From positions 1,120,001 through 1,184,000 of the forward strand of contig CAWCUS010000006.1 in the NCBI GenBank assembly GCA_963798845.1: a DNA stretch of 64,000 bases, read 5' to 3'. The position numbers and the translations under genes were made by a program. The notes below the pieces were generated by a model that had not been told where the DNA came from, searched no databases, and was given only the letters and a program-made list of their open reading frames with translations. Source of the DNA: an uncultured Gemmatimonadales bacterium. Lineage in GTDB: Bacteria > Gemmatimonadota > Gemmatimonadetes > Longimicrobiales > RSA9. Positions 29,060 to 38,821 of the stretch are shown here, in pieces. Numbering within the stretch: the first letter of the stretch is position 1; each line of letters opens with the position of its first letter.

Positions 29060-30714
29060 CGCGCACCTCCCGGTCCCACCCGCTTTGCGGTCCACCGGGC
29101 GACGCCGAGCGGGCCCGCGTCCGCCTCGCCCGACGCCTCATCGCCTTGAACCGTCCCGGTGATCTTCACGTCCAGCGTCTGGCCACCCTGGTCCATCGTG
29201 GCCACGGCGGAGATGTGGTCGCCATCAATGGTGCCGTCGCGCACGGGGAGCTTCTGGTCGTGGAGGGTCATGGTGCCCGTGAAGGTGGCGCCGTCCTGCA
29301 CGATCTCCAGCGTCGCCTCCATGACCTCGCCTTCCGCGTCGACGGTCATCGACCACTCGCCGCCGAAGTCCACCGCTTCCTCCGCCGATCCGGCGCCAGC
29401 CTTGCTCGGCGACGCACCTTCCTGCAGACGCCCCTCCACGAACGTGTAGGCCACGCGGCCGTGCTCCGAAAAGAGCGGGCCGCGCGACACCACGAACGTG
29501 GCCGGGAGATGCGCCTCCACCCGCGCCAGCTCGGGCACGCCGAAGAGCCGGGCCGGCGTAGCGGTGAGCGCGAGCAGCGCGGCGTCCGGAGACAGGCCGT
29601 GCTCCAGGGCCTTCCGCACTCCGTCCAGGATCTCGCCCGTGCCGCCGCTGGTCAGGGCGAAGGTCACGCCCGCCGAGTCGAGTCGGCCGGCGTTCGCGTA
29701 CCGATCGAGGAATTCGTCCCGCTCCCGCTGTGCGGCGGCGTCGAGCGCCACGGCGCCCGTGTCGCTCTCCGGCTTCCACCGGCGCGGCTTCGAGAAGTCC
29801 ATCGACACCAGGACCGGGATGCGGCGTCGCCTGAGCGCGTCCGCCACCTTCCAGGCCTCTCCGCCACCCACGATCACCGGGTGGAAGCCGTACTCGTCGG
29901 CCAGCTCGGTCACCCGCAGGATGTCGTCGGCGGCGTCCGCCTTGAAGTACACGGGCAGGTCACCGGCCAGGACCTGACGGAGCACTGCCTCGTCCGGGTC
30001 GTACGAGGGGAACGTCATGCCGCGGGGGTCCTTCTCCCGCGCCACCAGCACCGCCTCCCGATGGCGGGCGTCCTCGAACGCCTGGCGGAAGGTGGCCATC
30101 ACCCCGAACAGCGTGCCGGGATAGACACCCGGGGCACCGCGCAGCTCGAACGTGGGGCCCAGCGCCGGCTGCACCACCAGCGCTTGCGGCGTTTCCTCGT
30201 CGATGCGGTAGAGGACCAGCGCTCCGCGCCCCGGCATGACCGGACCCGATGGGTACACCGCGGCGGCCACGATCCCTTCCTGTCGCGCGTCGGCGCCATC
30301 CTCCCCCGTGGCGGTCAGGTAGTCCACCAGCCGCCGCGACGGCGTGAAGCCGCGCAGCTCCCGCGGCGCGTTCCAGATCTCGATCTTGCTCCGGTCGACG
30401 TCCGGGCGGGGGATCTCGGCGTCGGCTTCGCCATTCCCGTCCACCAGCCCGGGGTAGACGAACAGCGAGTCGCCTTCGAGCACGCGAGCGTCGCCGGGCA
30501 CTTCGACCGTCGGGCCGATCGCCTCGACGAAGGCGCCGCGGACCACGATCGTCACCGCTTCGGTTCGCGCCCCTCCCGCCTGCACCAGGGTCACGCCGCG
30601 CAGCGCGTACGCCGCCGGCGCCGGCACTCCCGTGTACTGCGCGCGGAGCGCTCCGGGGGCTCCCGCGAGGGTCGCCGCTGCGGCCGCGCACGCGAGCAGT
30701 GCTCTGCTCTGCAT
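29056..30714 (-). CDS. Secreted amidohydrolase-family protein, probably non-catalytic, with C-terminal beta-rich domain
   Basis: VYPGLVD lacks the following HxH; YPGTLFG and ALTATPARLFG present; C-terminal GEWSMTV beta domain. Confidence 0.75.
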   Translation of the reverse strand: MQSRALLACAAAAATLAGAPGALRAQYTGVPAPAAYALRGVTLVQAGGARTEAVTIVVRGAFVEAIGPTVEVPGDARVLEGDSLFVYPGLVDGNGEADAEIPRPDVDRSKIEIWNAPRELRGFTPSRRLVDYLTATGEDGADARQEGIVAAAVYPSGPVMPGRGALVLYRIDEETPQALVVQPALGPTFELRGAPGVYPGTLFGVMATFRQAFEDARHREAVLVAREKDPRGMTFPSYDPDEAVLRQVLAGDLPVYFKADAADDILRVTELADEYGFHPVIVGGGEAWKVADALRRRRIPVLVSMDFSKPRRWKPESDTGAVALDAAAQRERDEFLDRYANAGRLDSAGVTFALTSGGTGEILDGVRKALEHGLSPDAALLALTATPARLFGVPELARVEAHLPATFVVSRGPLFSEHGRVAYTFVEGRLQEGASPSKAGAGSAEEAVDFGGEWSMTVDAEGEVMEATLEIVQDGATFTGTMTLHDQKLPVRDGTIDGDHISAVATMDQGGQTLDVKITGTVQGDEASGEADAGPLGVARWTAKRVGPGGAR

Positions 30715-30893
30715 GGTTCCGGTCCTGTCTGTGTGGATGGTGGGTCCAGGCAAGAAGAGCAATGTCGGGAGCGGCCGCGGATGGGTCAAGCGAGAGCGGC
30801 CGTGCCCGCAGCCAGGCGGTCAGCCCGCCCGGGGGCGTCCGGCGCCAGAGCCAGCGTGGCGCTTGCGATCGGGCAGAGGGCTCCGCCCGACGG

Positions 30894-31265
30894 TCAGGCC
30901 GCCTTCGGGTCCTCGAGCAGCTCTTCGACCTTGCGACGGATGTCGGCCAGCGACGCTGGCTTGGCCATGTACGCGTCACAGCAGCCCGAACGGAGCACCA
31001 TCTCCGAGTCGCCGCTCTGCGCCAGCGCCGTGAGCGCCAGGATCGGCACGTCGGCGATTTCCCGCTTGATCCAGCGACCGGCTTCGATCCCGCTCATGGA
31101 GGGGAGCTGCAGGTCCATGATCACCACGTCCGGTGGCGCCTCGCGCGCGCAGTCGATGGCTTCCTCGCCGCGGCGGGCGGTCACGACTTCGTGCTCGGCC
31201 GCGAGCAGGTCCCGCAGGATGGTCAGCAGGTCGGGGTTGTCCTCGACGACCAGGATTCTAGCCAT
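30894..31265 (-). CDS. Single-domain response regulator (CheY/DivK-like)
   Basis: ILVVEDN, MDLQLP, LTA and KP motifs. Confidence 0.9.
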   Translation of the reverse strand: MARILVVEDNPDLLTILRDLLAAEHEVVTARRGEEAIDCAREAPPDVVIMDLQLPSMSGIEAGRWIKREIADVPILALTALAQSGDSEMVLRSGCCDAYMAKPASLADIRRKVEELLEDPKAA

Positions 31266-31317
31266 GCGGGTTAGCCGGAGGTCGGTGATACGCGGTGCTT
31301 CCGAACGCCATTCCAGT

Positions 31318-31332
31318 GCACTATGCGTGCCG
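31318..31332 (-). promoter_or_regulatory. Sigma54-like promoter
   Basis: CGGCAC-GCATA-GTGC on the minus strand, ~50 bp upstream of the response regulator. Confidence 0.45.
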
Positions 31333-31364
31333 TGCAAGGCCACAGCCGGGCACCCGCCGCCGCC

Positions 31365-32477
31365 TTACCCCGGTGCGACTCTGCGCGCGAACGCGGACAC
31401 CCGCTCCAGCGCTTCCTCCAGGGTGGTCCGCTCGATCCCGAAGCCGATCCGGACGTACCGCCCGAGCCCGAAGTGGGCGCCGGGGACCAGCAGCACGTCC
31501 TCTTCGGTTCGGAGCCGCTCCGCCAGCTCCATCGAGTCCAGGGGGAGGTCGTAGGACGGGAGGCAGACCGCGCCCGCGTCGTGTCGCCCGAATCGGAAGC
31601 GGCCGGAGGCTTCCGCCCAGGCCTGCACGATCTCCCGATGCTCCCGGATGATGCCGCGGGCCCGGTCCACGATCCTGGGACGCACGTCCTCTCGCAGCGC
31701 CAGCGCGGCGAGGGCGTCGGTCAGGGTGCCCGGCGAGATGGTGGTGTAGTCCTTCCTCGCCCAGAGGTCCTCGGTGAGCTGCGGCGGCGCCAGCAGCCAG
31801 CCGATGCGCAGCCCGGGCAGGCCGTACGCCTTCGACAGCGAGCCCGTGGCGATCACACGACCGTAGCGGCCGAACAGCGTGGGCGTCGCGGGGCCCGCGA
31901 TCTCGGCCCCGGCGTAGACCTCGTCGGCAAGGACCCAGGCCCCGACCCGCTCCGCCGCCGCCAGCACAGCCACGATGGCGTCCTCGCTCAGCACGACGCC
32001 GGTGGGATTCTGCGGGTTGGTGACCACCACCAGGCGGGTGCCTGGCACCACCCCTTCCGCCAGGTCCGCGGGGTCGGGTTGCCAGCCGTTCTCCTCACGC
32101 AGCGGGATCGAGCGGGCGCGGGCGCCCAGGGACGCGGCGAGACCGGGCAGCTGCATGTACGTGGGCGTCAGCACGGCCACGTCGTCGCCCGGCTCCACCA
32201 GCCGCCACGCGACGACGAAGTTCGCTTCGGCGCTCCCGTTCGTCACCACCACCTGCTCCGCCGTGGCGCCCGGGTACAGCGCAGCGATCCGCGCGCGCAG
32301 CGTCGGCGTGCCGTTGGAGTGGCCGTAGCCCAGCGGCGTGTCCAGCGCCGCTTCCGTCTCGCCGGCCAGCGACAGCAGCTCCCGGAGCGACAGCGGATGC
32401 ACGCCGCTCTCACTCAGGTTCCACCGCACTGTGTTCTCGTGGTGGGACTGCCAGCGCTCCATGGCGAACGGCTCCAT
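31365..32477 (-). CDS. Class I/II PLP-dependent aminotransferase
   Basis: NLSESG, NPQNPTG, DEVY and SLSKAYGLPGLRIGW. Confidence 0.9.
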   Translation of the reverse strand: MEPFAMERWQSHHENTVRWNLSESGVHPLSLRELLSLAGETEAALDTPLGYGHSNGTPTLRARIAALYPGATAEQVVVTNGSAEANFVVAWRLVEPGDDVAVLTPTYMQLPGLAASLGARARSIPLREENGWQPDPADLAEGVVPGTRLVVVTNPQNPTGVVLSEDAIVAVLAAAERVGAWVLADEVYAGAEIAGPATPTLFGRYGRVIATGSLSKAYGLPGLRIGWLLAPPQLTEDLWARKDYTTISPGTLTDALAALALREDVRPRIVDRARGIIREHREIVQAWAEASGRFRFGRHDAGAVCLPSYDLPLDSMELAERLRTEEDVLLVPGAHFGLGRYVRIGFGIERTTLEEALERVSAFARRVAPG

Positions 32478-32678
32478 CGCGACTCTCTCCAGACCGGGGC
32501 TTCCTTCGCTCGGCCGCAACGTATGGCCGCCCGACGTCCCGGTCCACCCGCTCGCCCGCACGGCGGATGCCGACCCCGCCCCCTGTCACCCGGCGGGCCG
32601 CGCGCCTACCTTTCGTGCCCGTCCCTCGCCCGTGCGGGGAGGCGACCGAAGATGCACCCAGGAGCGAGCGGAGGCCCG

Positions 32679-33887
32679 ATGGATGTGACTCTCCCCAATG
32701 CAGTCGTCGAGCGGAACGGCGGCAAGATCGTCTACCTGGTCATGGACGGCCTCGGCGGGCTCCCGAGCGAGGAAACGGGCCGGACCGAGCTGGAGACGGC
32801 GAATACGCCGAACCTGGACCGGCTGGCCCGGACGTCTGCGCTCGGGCTCATCACGCCGGTGGCTCCGGGGATCGCCCCGGGCAGCGGACCCGGGCACCTG
32901 GCGCTCTTCGGGTACGACCCGGTCCGCTACAACATCGGTCGCGGCGTGCTGAGCGCTCTGGGCGTGGACTTCCACCTCCAGCACGGCGACCTGGCCGCGC
33001 GCCTGAACCTGGCCACGTTCGATGAGGACCGTAAGATCGTGGACCGGCGGGCGGGGCGGCCCTCGGACGGGGAGAACGCGCGCCTCGTCGCCCGGCTGCG
33101 GGGGGCCGTCAGCCAGGTGGGCGGGGTGGAGGTGTTCTGGGAATCGGAGAAGGAGCACCGGGTGGTCCTCGTGCTCCGAGGAGCGAACCTCTCCGAGGAC
33201 CTGACGGACACCGACCCCCAGGAGACGGGCGTGCCGGCGCTGCCGCTCGCGGCCACGTCACCGGACGGGGAGCGAACCGTGCGCGCCGTGGAGATGGTGC
33301 TCGATCGGGCCAACGAGGTGCTCAGCGACGAGCCGGTGGCCAACGGCGTGCTCGCCCGGGGCTTCGCCAACTTCCACCGCTACCCGTCCATCTCGGAGCG
33401 CTTCGGCCTGCGTCCCGTGTGCATCGCCCGCTATCCCATGTACCGCGGCGTGTCGCGGCTCCTGGGGATGGACATCGCCGACGCCGCCGAGACCGACGCC
33501 GGCAGCATCGACGTGCTCGCCCGCGAGATGGAGACGCACGACTTCGCCTTCGTCCACTTCAAGTACACGGACAGCCGGGGCGAGGACGGCGACTTCGACG
33601 CGAAGGTGGCCGCGATCGAGGCCGTGGACGCGCTCGTCGCCCGCGTCGAGGCGCTGGAGCCGGATGTCATCGTCGTCACCGGCGACCACTCCACGCCGTC
33701 GCGGCTGAAGGCCCACTCGTGGCACCCGGTGCCGGTGCTCATCGCCTCCCCCTGGTGCCGCCCCGCCGACGTCGACGGCTTCGGCGAGCGCGCGTGCATG
33801 CGCGGAGAGCTGGGCATCTTCGAGGCGAAGCACCTCATGACGCTGGCGCTGGCCCACGCCCGCCGGCTGGCCAAGTTCGGCGCATGA
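32679..33887 (+). CDS. apgM: 2,3-bisphosphoglycerate-independent phosphoglycerate mutase (ApgM type)
   Basis: DGLGG, TPNLD, PGSGPGHL, HFKYTD and TGDHSTP...HSWHPVP. Confidence 0.9.
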   Translation: MDVTLPNAVVERNGGKIVYLVMDGLGGLPSEETGRTELETANTPNLDRLARTSALGLITPVAPGIAPGSGPGHLALFGYDPVRYNIGRGVLSALGVDFHLQHGDLAARLNLATFDEDRKIVDRRAGRPSDGENARLVARLRGAVSQVGGVEVFWESEKEHRVVLVLRGANLSEDLTDTDPQETGVPALPLAATSPDGERTVRAVEMVLDRANEVLSDEPVANGVLARGFANFHRYPSISERFGLRPVCIARYPMYRGVSRLLGMDIADAAETDAGSIDVLAREMETHDFAFVHFKYTDSRGEDGDFDAKVAAIEAVDALVARVEALEPDVIVVTGDHSTPSRLKAHSWHPVPVLIASPWCRPADVDGFGERACMRGELGIFEAKHLMTLALAHARRLAKFGA

Positions 33888-34774
33888 GCGGCGGCGACAA
33901 CGGCGGCGGCGAGCTCGCCTCCCCGGGACCGGCCGCGGACGTCGAGGCGGTGCTCGCCCGCGCCCTCGAGCTCGGCGAGGACGGCCTCTGGGAGGAGATG
34001 GCCCAGCTGCTCGCCGACGCCCTCGACCGCGAGGAGGACGACCCGCACCTCCTGTGCTGGCTCGCCGTGGCCGAGAGCGAGCTCGGGAACGACGGCGCAG
34101 CGTACGAAGGATTCCGCCGGTGCGTCGACCTGGAGCCCACCGACCCCGTCGTGCTCTCCCTCGCCGGCGCCGGGCTCGCCGAGTTCGACGACCCCGACGC
34201 CGAGACCGCCCTCCGCGCCGCCGCCCTCTCCGCGCCCGACCTTCCCCTCGCGCACCTCAATTACGGCGCGTTCCTTTCCAGGAGCGGGATGTTCCACGAG
34301 GCGCTCGACCAGCTGCGAGCCGCCCGTGAGCTGACGCCCGAAGACCCCATCGTTCGAGCCGAGCTCGGCGCCGCCCACGTCCTGCGCGGCGCGCCGGAAG
34401 AGGCGCTCGACCATTTCGAGGAGGCTCTCGCCCTCGCCCCCGACGACTCCTGGACCCGCCTCCTCTACGGCCTCGTGCTCTCCGATCTCGAGCGCATGGA
34501 GGACGCCGCAGAAGAGATCGTGCGCGCGGCGCGCGAACGCGACGAGGATGGCGAGGCGATCCTCATCGGTGCTCTCGCCGCCGCCAGCGCCGGGTGGGAG
34601 GACGCGGCCGAGGACCTCCTGGCGCGGGCCGAGTACGCCCTCGAGGGCGCGGACGTGAAGATGGTCGAAGAGGCGGAGAGCGCGGTACGATCGGGCGCCG
34701 ACGCCGCAGGTCGCCTGCTGCGCACGAGCATCGGTCCCTCGGTGCTCCGGGAGCGTCTGGCGCAGCCGCTCTGA
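33884..34774 (+). CDS. Tetratricopeptide-repeat protein
   Basis: Repeated TPR-like helices (LAHLNYGAFL..G...EAL, ALAPDD); ATGA overlap with apgM. Confidence 0.75.
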   Translation: MSGGDNGGGELASPGPAADVEAVLARALELGEDGLWEEMAQLLADALDREEDDPHLLCWLAVAESELGNDGAAYEGFRRCVDLEPTDPVVLSLAGAGLAEFDDPDAETALRAAALSAPDLPLAHLNYGAFLSRSGMFHEALDQLRAARELTPEDPIVRAELGAAHVLRGAPEEALDHFEEALALAPDDSWTRLLYGLVLSDLERMEDAAEEIVRAARERDEDGEAILIGALAAASAGWEDAAEDLLARAEYALEGADVKMVEEAESAVRSGADAAGRLLRTSIGPSVLRERLAQPL

Positions 34775-34869
34775 GGCTGCCGGCCGGGCCGGCGGTACGA
34801 CGCCGCGGCGGACCGCGGCAACGTCGCAGCCTGAACCGTATTCCCGCATGTGCTCGCGCGAACAAAGTC

Positions 34870-34884
34870 CGGCATGAGCCATGC
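34870..34884 (+). promoter_or_regulatory. Sigma54-like promoter
   Basis: CGGCAT-GAGCC-ATGC with GG-N10-GC spacing. Confidence 0.4.
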
Positions 34885-34914
34885 ACGCCAGGCCGGTGGA
34901 AGATCGAAGGTGAG

Positions 34915-34946
34915 GGGGCTCGATGATTCGGGCCCCTTTTTCTTTT
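34915..34946 (+). terminator. Intrinsic terminator-like hairpin just upstream of the lipoprotein gene
   Basis: GGGGCTCGA-TGAT-TCGGGCCCC followed by TTTTTCTTTT. Confidence 0.6.
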
Positions 34947-34964
34947 GAAGAGGGACGATGACGT

Positions 34965-35360
34965 ATGCGCCGATACACGATGAAAGCTGCCATAGGCGCC
35001 CTCCTCCTTGCCGGGAGCATGGGTGGCTGTGCGTCGCTCACCAGCGGGAAGGACGAGCCGGCTCCCGCGACCAGCGCGAATGGCGTGGCCGTGGTAGTGG
35101 AGAACGACAACTGGCAGGACGCGAACATCTTCGCGGTGGGTGCGGGCCCGAGGGTCCGGCTGGGGACGGTGAGCAGCATGGACACGGAGCGCTTCACCGT
35201 TCCGCCCGGCGCCATGCGGCCCGGGTCGGTGCAGCTGCGGGCGGAGCTGATCGGCTCGAACGCGGCACGGACCACGGACGAGATCCTGGTGCACCCGGGG
35301 GACGCGGTGTACTGGACGCTCCAGAACTACCTCCCGCTGTCCAGCTACGCGGTCCGCTGA
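34965..35360 (+). CDS. Small hypothetical lipoprotein
   Basis: Signal peptide with MGGC lipobox-like site; beta-rich mature domain; coding-like codon usage. Confidence 0.7.
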   Translation: MRRYTMKAAIGALLLAGSMGGCASLTSGKDEPAPATSANGVAVVVENDNWQDANIFAVGAGPRVRLGTVSSMDTERFTVPPGAMRPGSVQLRAELIGSNAARTTDEILVHPGDAVYWTLQNYLPLSSYAVR

Positions 35361-35526
35361 GGCCAGGAGGCGGGAGGGCCGGATGGGCGTTGGCCGCTGA
35401 AGGCCGGAGGCCGGCCCCGGAGGTGCGGGGCCGGCTCATCGCGTCCGCTCATCCCGCGGGTTGCCCACGGGCGCGCTCGACGCCTACGTTCCCGCCTCGT
35501 CGAGATCTTCCCCTCGAGGCGCTGCA

Positions 35527-36801
35527 ATGATCGAAATCCCGTTCTCGCGGCACAGGCTGGACAACGGCCTGGAGGTGGTGCTGTCGCCGGACCCCGGCGC
35601 ACCCGTCGTGGCGGTGAACCTCTGGTATCGCGTCGGCTCCCGGGACGAGCGCCCGGGGCGGACCGGCTTCGCCCACCTGTTCGAGCACATGATGTTCCAG
35701 GGCTCCGGGCACGTCCCGGAGGCGGGGCACTTCGCGTTCATCGAGCGGGCGGGAGGGTCGCTGAACGGCTCCACCTGGCTGGATCGGACGAACTACTTCG
35801 AGACGCTGCCGTCGAACTACCTGGACCTGGGTCTCTGGCTGGAGTCGGACCGCCTGGGCTGGCTGCTGGACGCGATGACCCAGGAGAAGCTGGACAACCA
35901 GCGGGACGTGGTGAAGAACGAGCGCCGCTGGCGAGTGGACAACCAGCCTTACGGCGACTGGGACGAGCAGCTCCAGGAGATGGTCTACCCTCGGGACCAC
36001 CCCTACCACCACTCCGTGATCGGATCGATGGAGGACCTGGACGCCGCCTCGCTCGAGGACGTCGAAGCCTTCTTCCGGACGTACTACCGGCCCCGCAACG
36101 CCGTCCTCACCGTGTGCGGCGACATCGACGAGGAGCACGCCCTCGACCGCGTCCGGTACTTCTTCGACGACCTCCCTGCCGGCGAGCCCGTGCCGCCGAT
36201 CCCCGGCCGAATCGACATTCCGACCACGCTGGAGGCCCCGGTCCGGAGGGTGCGTGCGCAGGATATCTCTCTCCCCCGGATCTACCGGGCCCACCGCACC
36301 CCGCCGTACGGGGAAGACGGCTGGTACGCGGCCGCGGTGGCGGCGCACGTGCTGGCGTGGGGGAAGGCTTCGCGCCTGGAGCGCCGCCTCGTTCGTGAGC
36401 GCCGTCTGGCCCAGGACGTGGCCGCGTTCGCATTCCCCGTCGTCGTGGGCGCGGCCATGCTCACGGTGTGGACCACCGCGCGGCCGGGCGTCGAGGTGGG
36501 CGTGCTGGAAGCCGCGCTCGACGAGGAGATGGCGGCGCTGTCCGGGGTCGGCGACGAGGAGGTCACACGCGCGATCCGGCTGATCGAGTCGCGCCAGATG
36601 CAGGAGCTGCAGCAGGCGGGCGAGCGGGCGGACCAGCTCTCCATGCACACCTGCCTGTTCGACGATCCGGGCCGGGTGAACACCGAGATCGAGCGCGTCC
36701 GGGCCGTACGGCCCGAGGACGTCCGCGCGGTGGCCGAGCGCCACCTGGGCGGGGAATCCGCCGCCACGCTGGTCTATGTGCCGGAAGGAGAGGTGGCATG
36801 A
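35527..36801 (+). CDS. M16-family zinc peptidase, catalytic subunit
   Basis: YRVGSRDE..G.TGFAHLFEHMMF (HxxEH) and NGST..DRTNY. Confidence 0.92.
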   Translation: MIEIPFSRHRLDNGLEVVLSPDPGAPVVAVNLWYRVGSRDERPGRTGFAHLFEHMMFQGSGHVPEAGHFAFIERAGGSLNGSTWLDRTNYFETLPSNYLDLGLWLESDRLGWLLDAMTQEKLDNQRDVVKNERRWRVDNQPYGDWDEQLQEMVYPRDHPYHHSVIGSMEDLDAASLEDVEAFFRTYYRPRNAVLTVCGDIDEEHALDRVRYFFDDLPAGEPVPPIPGRIDIPTTLEAPVRRVRAQDISLPRIYRAHRTPPYGEDGWYAAAVAAHVLAWGKASRLERRLVRERRLAQDVAAFAFPVVVGAAMLTVWTTARPGVEVGVLEAALDEEMAALSGVGDEEVTRAIRLIESRQMQELQQAGERADQLSMHTCLFDDPGRVNTEIERVRAVRPEDVRAVAERHLGGESAATLVYVPEGEVA

Positions 36802-38177
36802 GCACGGAGCAGGCGCTGGATCGCGCGCGTCCCCCCGAGCCGGGACCGGTGAAGCCGTTCGATTTCCCGGCCGTGCACCGCGAGCGCCTCGGCGACGACC
36901 AGACGGCCGAGCTCGTGGTGGTGCCGTACGGAGACATGCCGCTGGTGACCGCCGAGGTGATCGTGCGGGGAGGGGCGGACGCGGAGCCGCCGGAGCTGGC
37001 CGGGGTCGCCCGCCTCACCGCGGAGGCGCTCGAGGGCGGCACCACCACCCGTGACGTCGACACTCTGGCGTGGGAGCTGGAGCGACTCGGCGTCGAGCTC
37101 GAGACCGCCGCCAGCTGGGACGCGGCGTCCATCGGCGTCACCGTGCACGCCGACCGCCTGGAACCCGCTCTGGCCCTCCTGGCCGACGTCGTCCGCAACC
37201 CCGGGTTCCCGGCCGACCAGGTCGATCGGCTCCGCGACGAGCAGCTGGCCGACATCCTCCAGCGCCGCAAGGAGCCGGGTGCCCTCGCGTCCGACGCCGC
37301 AGCCCGTTTCGTATTCGACGACGACGTCCCCTACGGACGCCCGCTCATCGGCCGCGAGGCGACCGTACGCGAGCTCGGGCCCGGGCAGCTGCGCGCTTTT
37401 CACCGCGATCGCTACGCCGCCGGCTCCGCCGCCATCATCCTCACCGGCCGCGTCCAGTCCGAGCGCGCCCGCGCGTTGGTGGACCAGCACTTCGGCGACT
37501 GGCGCGGCCCGGCCGCGCACTCCTCCGAGTTCCGCGTCCGGCCCCGCAGCGACGCGACCGTCGTGTACGTCGTCGATCGCCCCGGCTCCGTGCAGTCCGA
37601 GCTCCGCCTCGCCCACGTCGGCGTGGACCGCCGCACCGCCGACTACTTCCCGCTCGTGGTTATGAACACGATCCTCGGTGGCGCGTTCACCAGCCGGCTC
37701 AACATGAGCCTGCGCGAGCACCACGGCTTCACGTACGGCATCCGCAGCGGCTTCGCTTTCCGCCGCCGCGCCGGGCCCTTCACCGTGGACACCGCAGTCG
37801 CCACCGAAGTGACGGCGCCCGCCATCGAGGCCATCCTCCAGGAGGTCCGCCAGCTGCGCGAGGACGGCCCCACCGGCGACGAGCTCGATTCCGCCCGCGA
37901 CTACCTCCGGGGCGTGTTCCCGCTCCGGCTCGAGACCACTTCCGCCGTGGCCGCGCGCATAGCCGAGCTCGTCGTGTTCGGCCTCCCCGACGACTACTTC
38001 GCCCGCTACCGCGACCGCATCGCCGCCGTCTCCCGCGACGACGTCATGCGCGTGGCCAGCGAGGCCGTGCGCCCCGACCGCATGGCCGTGGTCGTGGTGG
38101 GCGACGCCGGTCGCGTCGCCGAGCCTCTGCAAAAGCTCGGGATCGGCCCCGTCCAGGTCCACCAGAACCTGGCGTGA
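36798..38177 (+). CDS. M16-family peptidase, non-catalytic partner subunit
   Basis: Lacks HxxEH; ILGG.FTSRL...LRE..G.TYG (R/Y pair); ATGA overlap. Confidence 0.88.
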   Translation: MSTEQALDRARPPEPGPVKPFDFPAVHRERLGDDQTAELVVVPYGDMPLVTAEVIVRGGADAEPPELAGVARLTAEALEGGTTTRDVDTLAWELERLGVELETAASWDAASIGVTVHADRLEPALALLADVVRNPGFPADQVDRLRDEQLADILQRRKEPGALASDAAARFVFDDDVPYGRPLIGREATVRELGPGQLRAFHRDRYAAGSAAIILTGRVQSERARALVDQHFGDWRGPAAHSSEFRVRPRSDATVVYVVDRPGSVQSELRLAHVGVDRRTADYFPLVVMNTILGGAFTSRLNMSLREHHGFTYGIRSGFAFRRRAGPFTVDTAVATEVTAPAIEAILQEVRQLREDGPTGDELDSARDYLRGVFPLRLETTSAVAARIAELVVFGLPDDYFARYRDRIAAVSRDDVMRVASEAVRPDRMAVVVVGDAGRVAEPLQKLGIGPVQVHQNLA

Positions 38178-38782
38178 ACGACCGCCCGCGCCTCGTCGAC
38201 GCTCGCCTCGCCTCCGAGCTCGGCGGCGAGAAGCCGTTCCAGATCGAATCCCGCCCCGTCCACGACGGGCCCATCGTCCACCTCGCCGTCGACACCGTGC
38301 GCTTCCCCGACGGCTCCACCGGCAGCCTCGAGCTCATCCGACACTCCGGCGCCGCCGCCGTCGTCCCCCTGCTCGGCGATCCCCGCGACGATGACCCCGA
38401 GATCGTGCTCGTCCGGCAGTTCCGCTACGCCGCCGGCGGCGACATCTACGAGATCCCGGCCGGGCGCCCCCACCACCCCGGCGAGCCGTGGACCGACGTC
38501 GCCGCGCGCGAGCTCGAGGAGGAGACCGGCTACGTCGCCGCCAAGATCACCCCACTCACCACCATCTACACGACGCCCGGCTTCACCGACGAGCGCATAC
38601 ACCTCTTCCTCGCCACGCGCCTCACCCCCGGCACCACGTCCTTCGACACCGACGAGTTCATGGAGACCGTGCGGATGCGCCGGGCCGAAGCACTGGAAGC
38701 CATCCGCGACGGCCGGATCATCGACGCCAAGTCCATTTGCGCCGTCCTCTATTTCGCGACCTTCGGGGCCGGCTCGGCCTGA
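38174..38782 (+). CDS. NUDIX hydrolase (ADP-ribose pyrophosphatase-like)
   Basis: VRQFRY, EIPAG...ARELEEETG, TPGFTDE and DAKS. Confidence 0.9.
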   Translation: MNDRPRLVDARLASELGGEKPFQIESRPVHDGPIVHLAVDTVRFPDGSTGSLELIRHSGAAAVVPLLGDPRDDDPEIVLVRQFRYAAGGDIYEIPAGRPHHPGEPWTDVAARELEEETGYVAAKITPLTTIYTTPGFTDERIHLFLATRLTPGTTSFDTDEFMETVRMRRAEALEAIRDGRIIDAKSICAVLYFATFGAGSA

Positions 38783-38821
38783 CGCCCTCGCACGGAGCTC
38801 GGCCCTTCGTCCCAACGTCCC

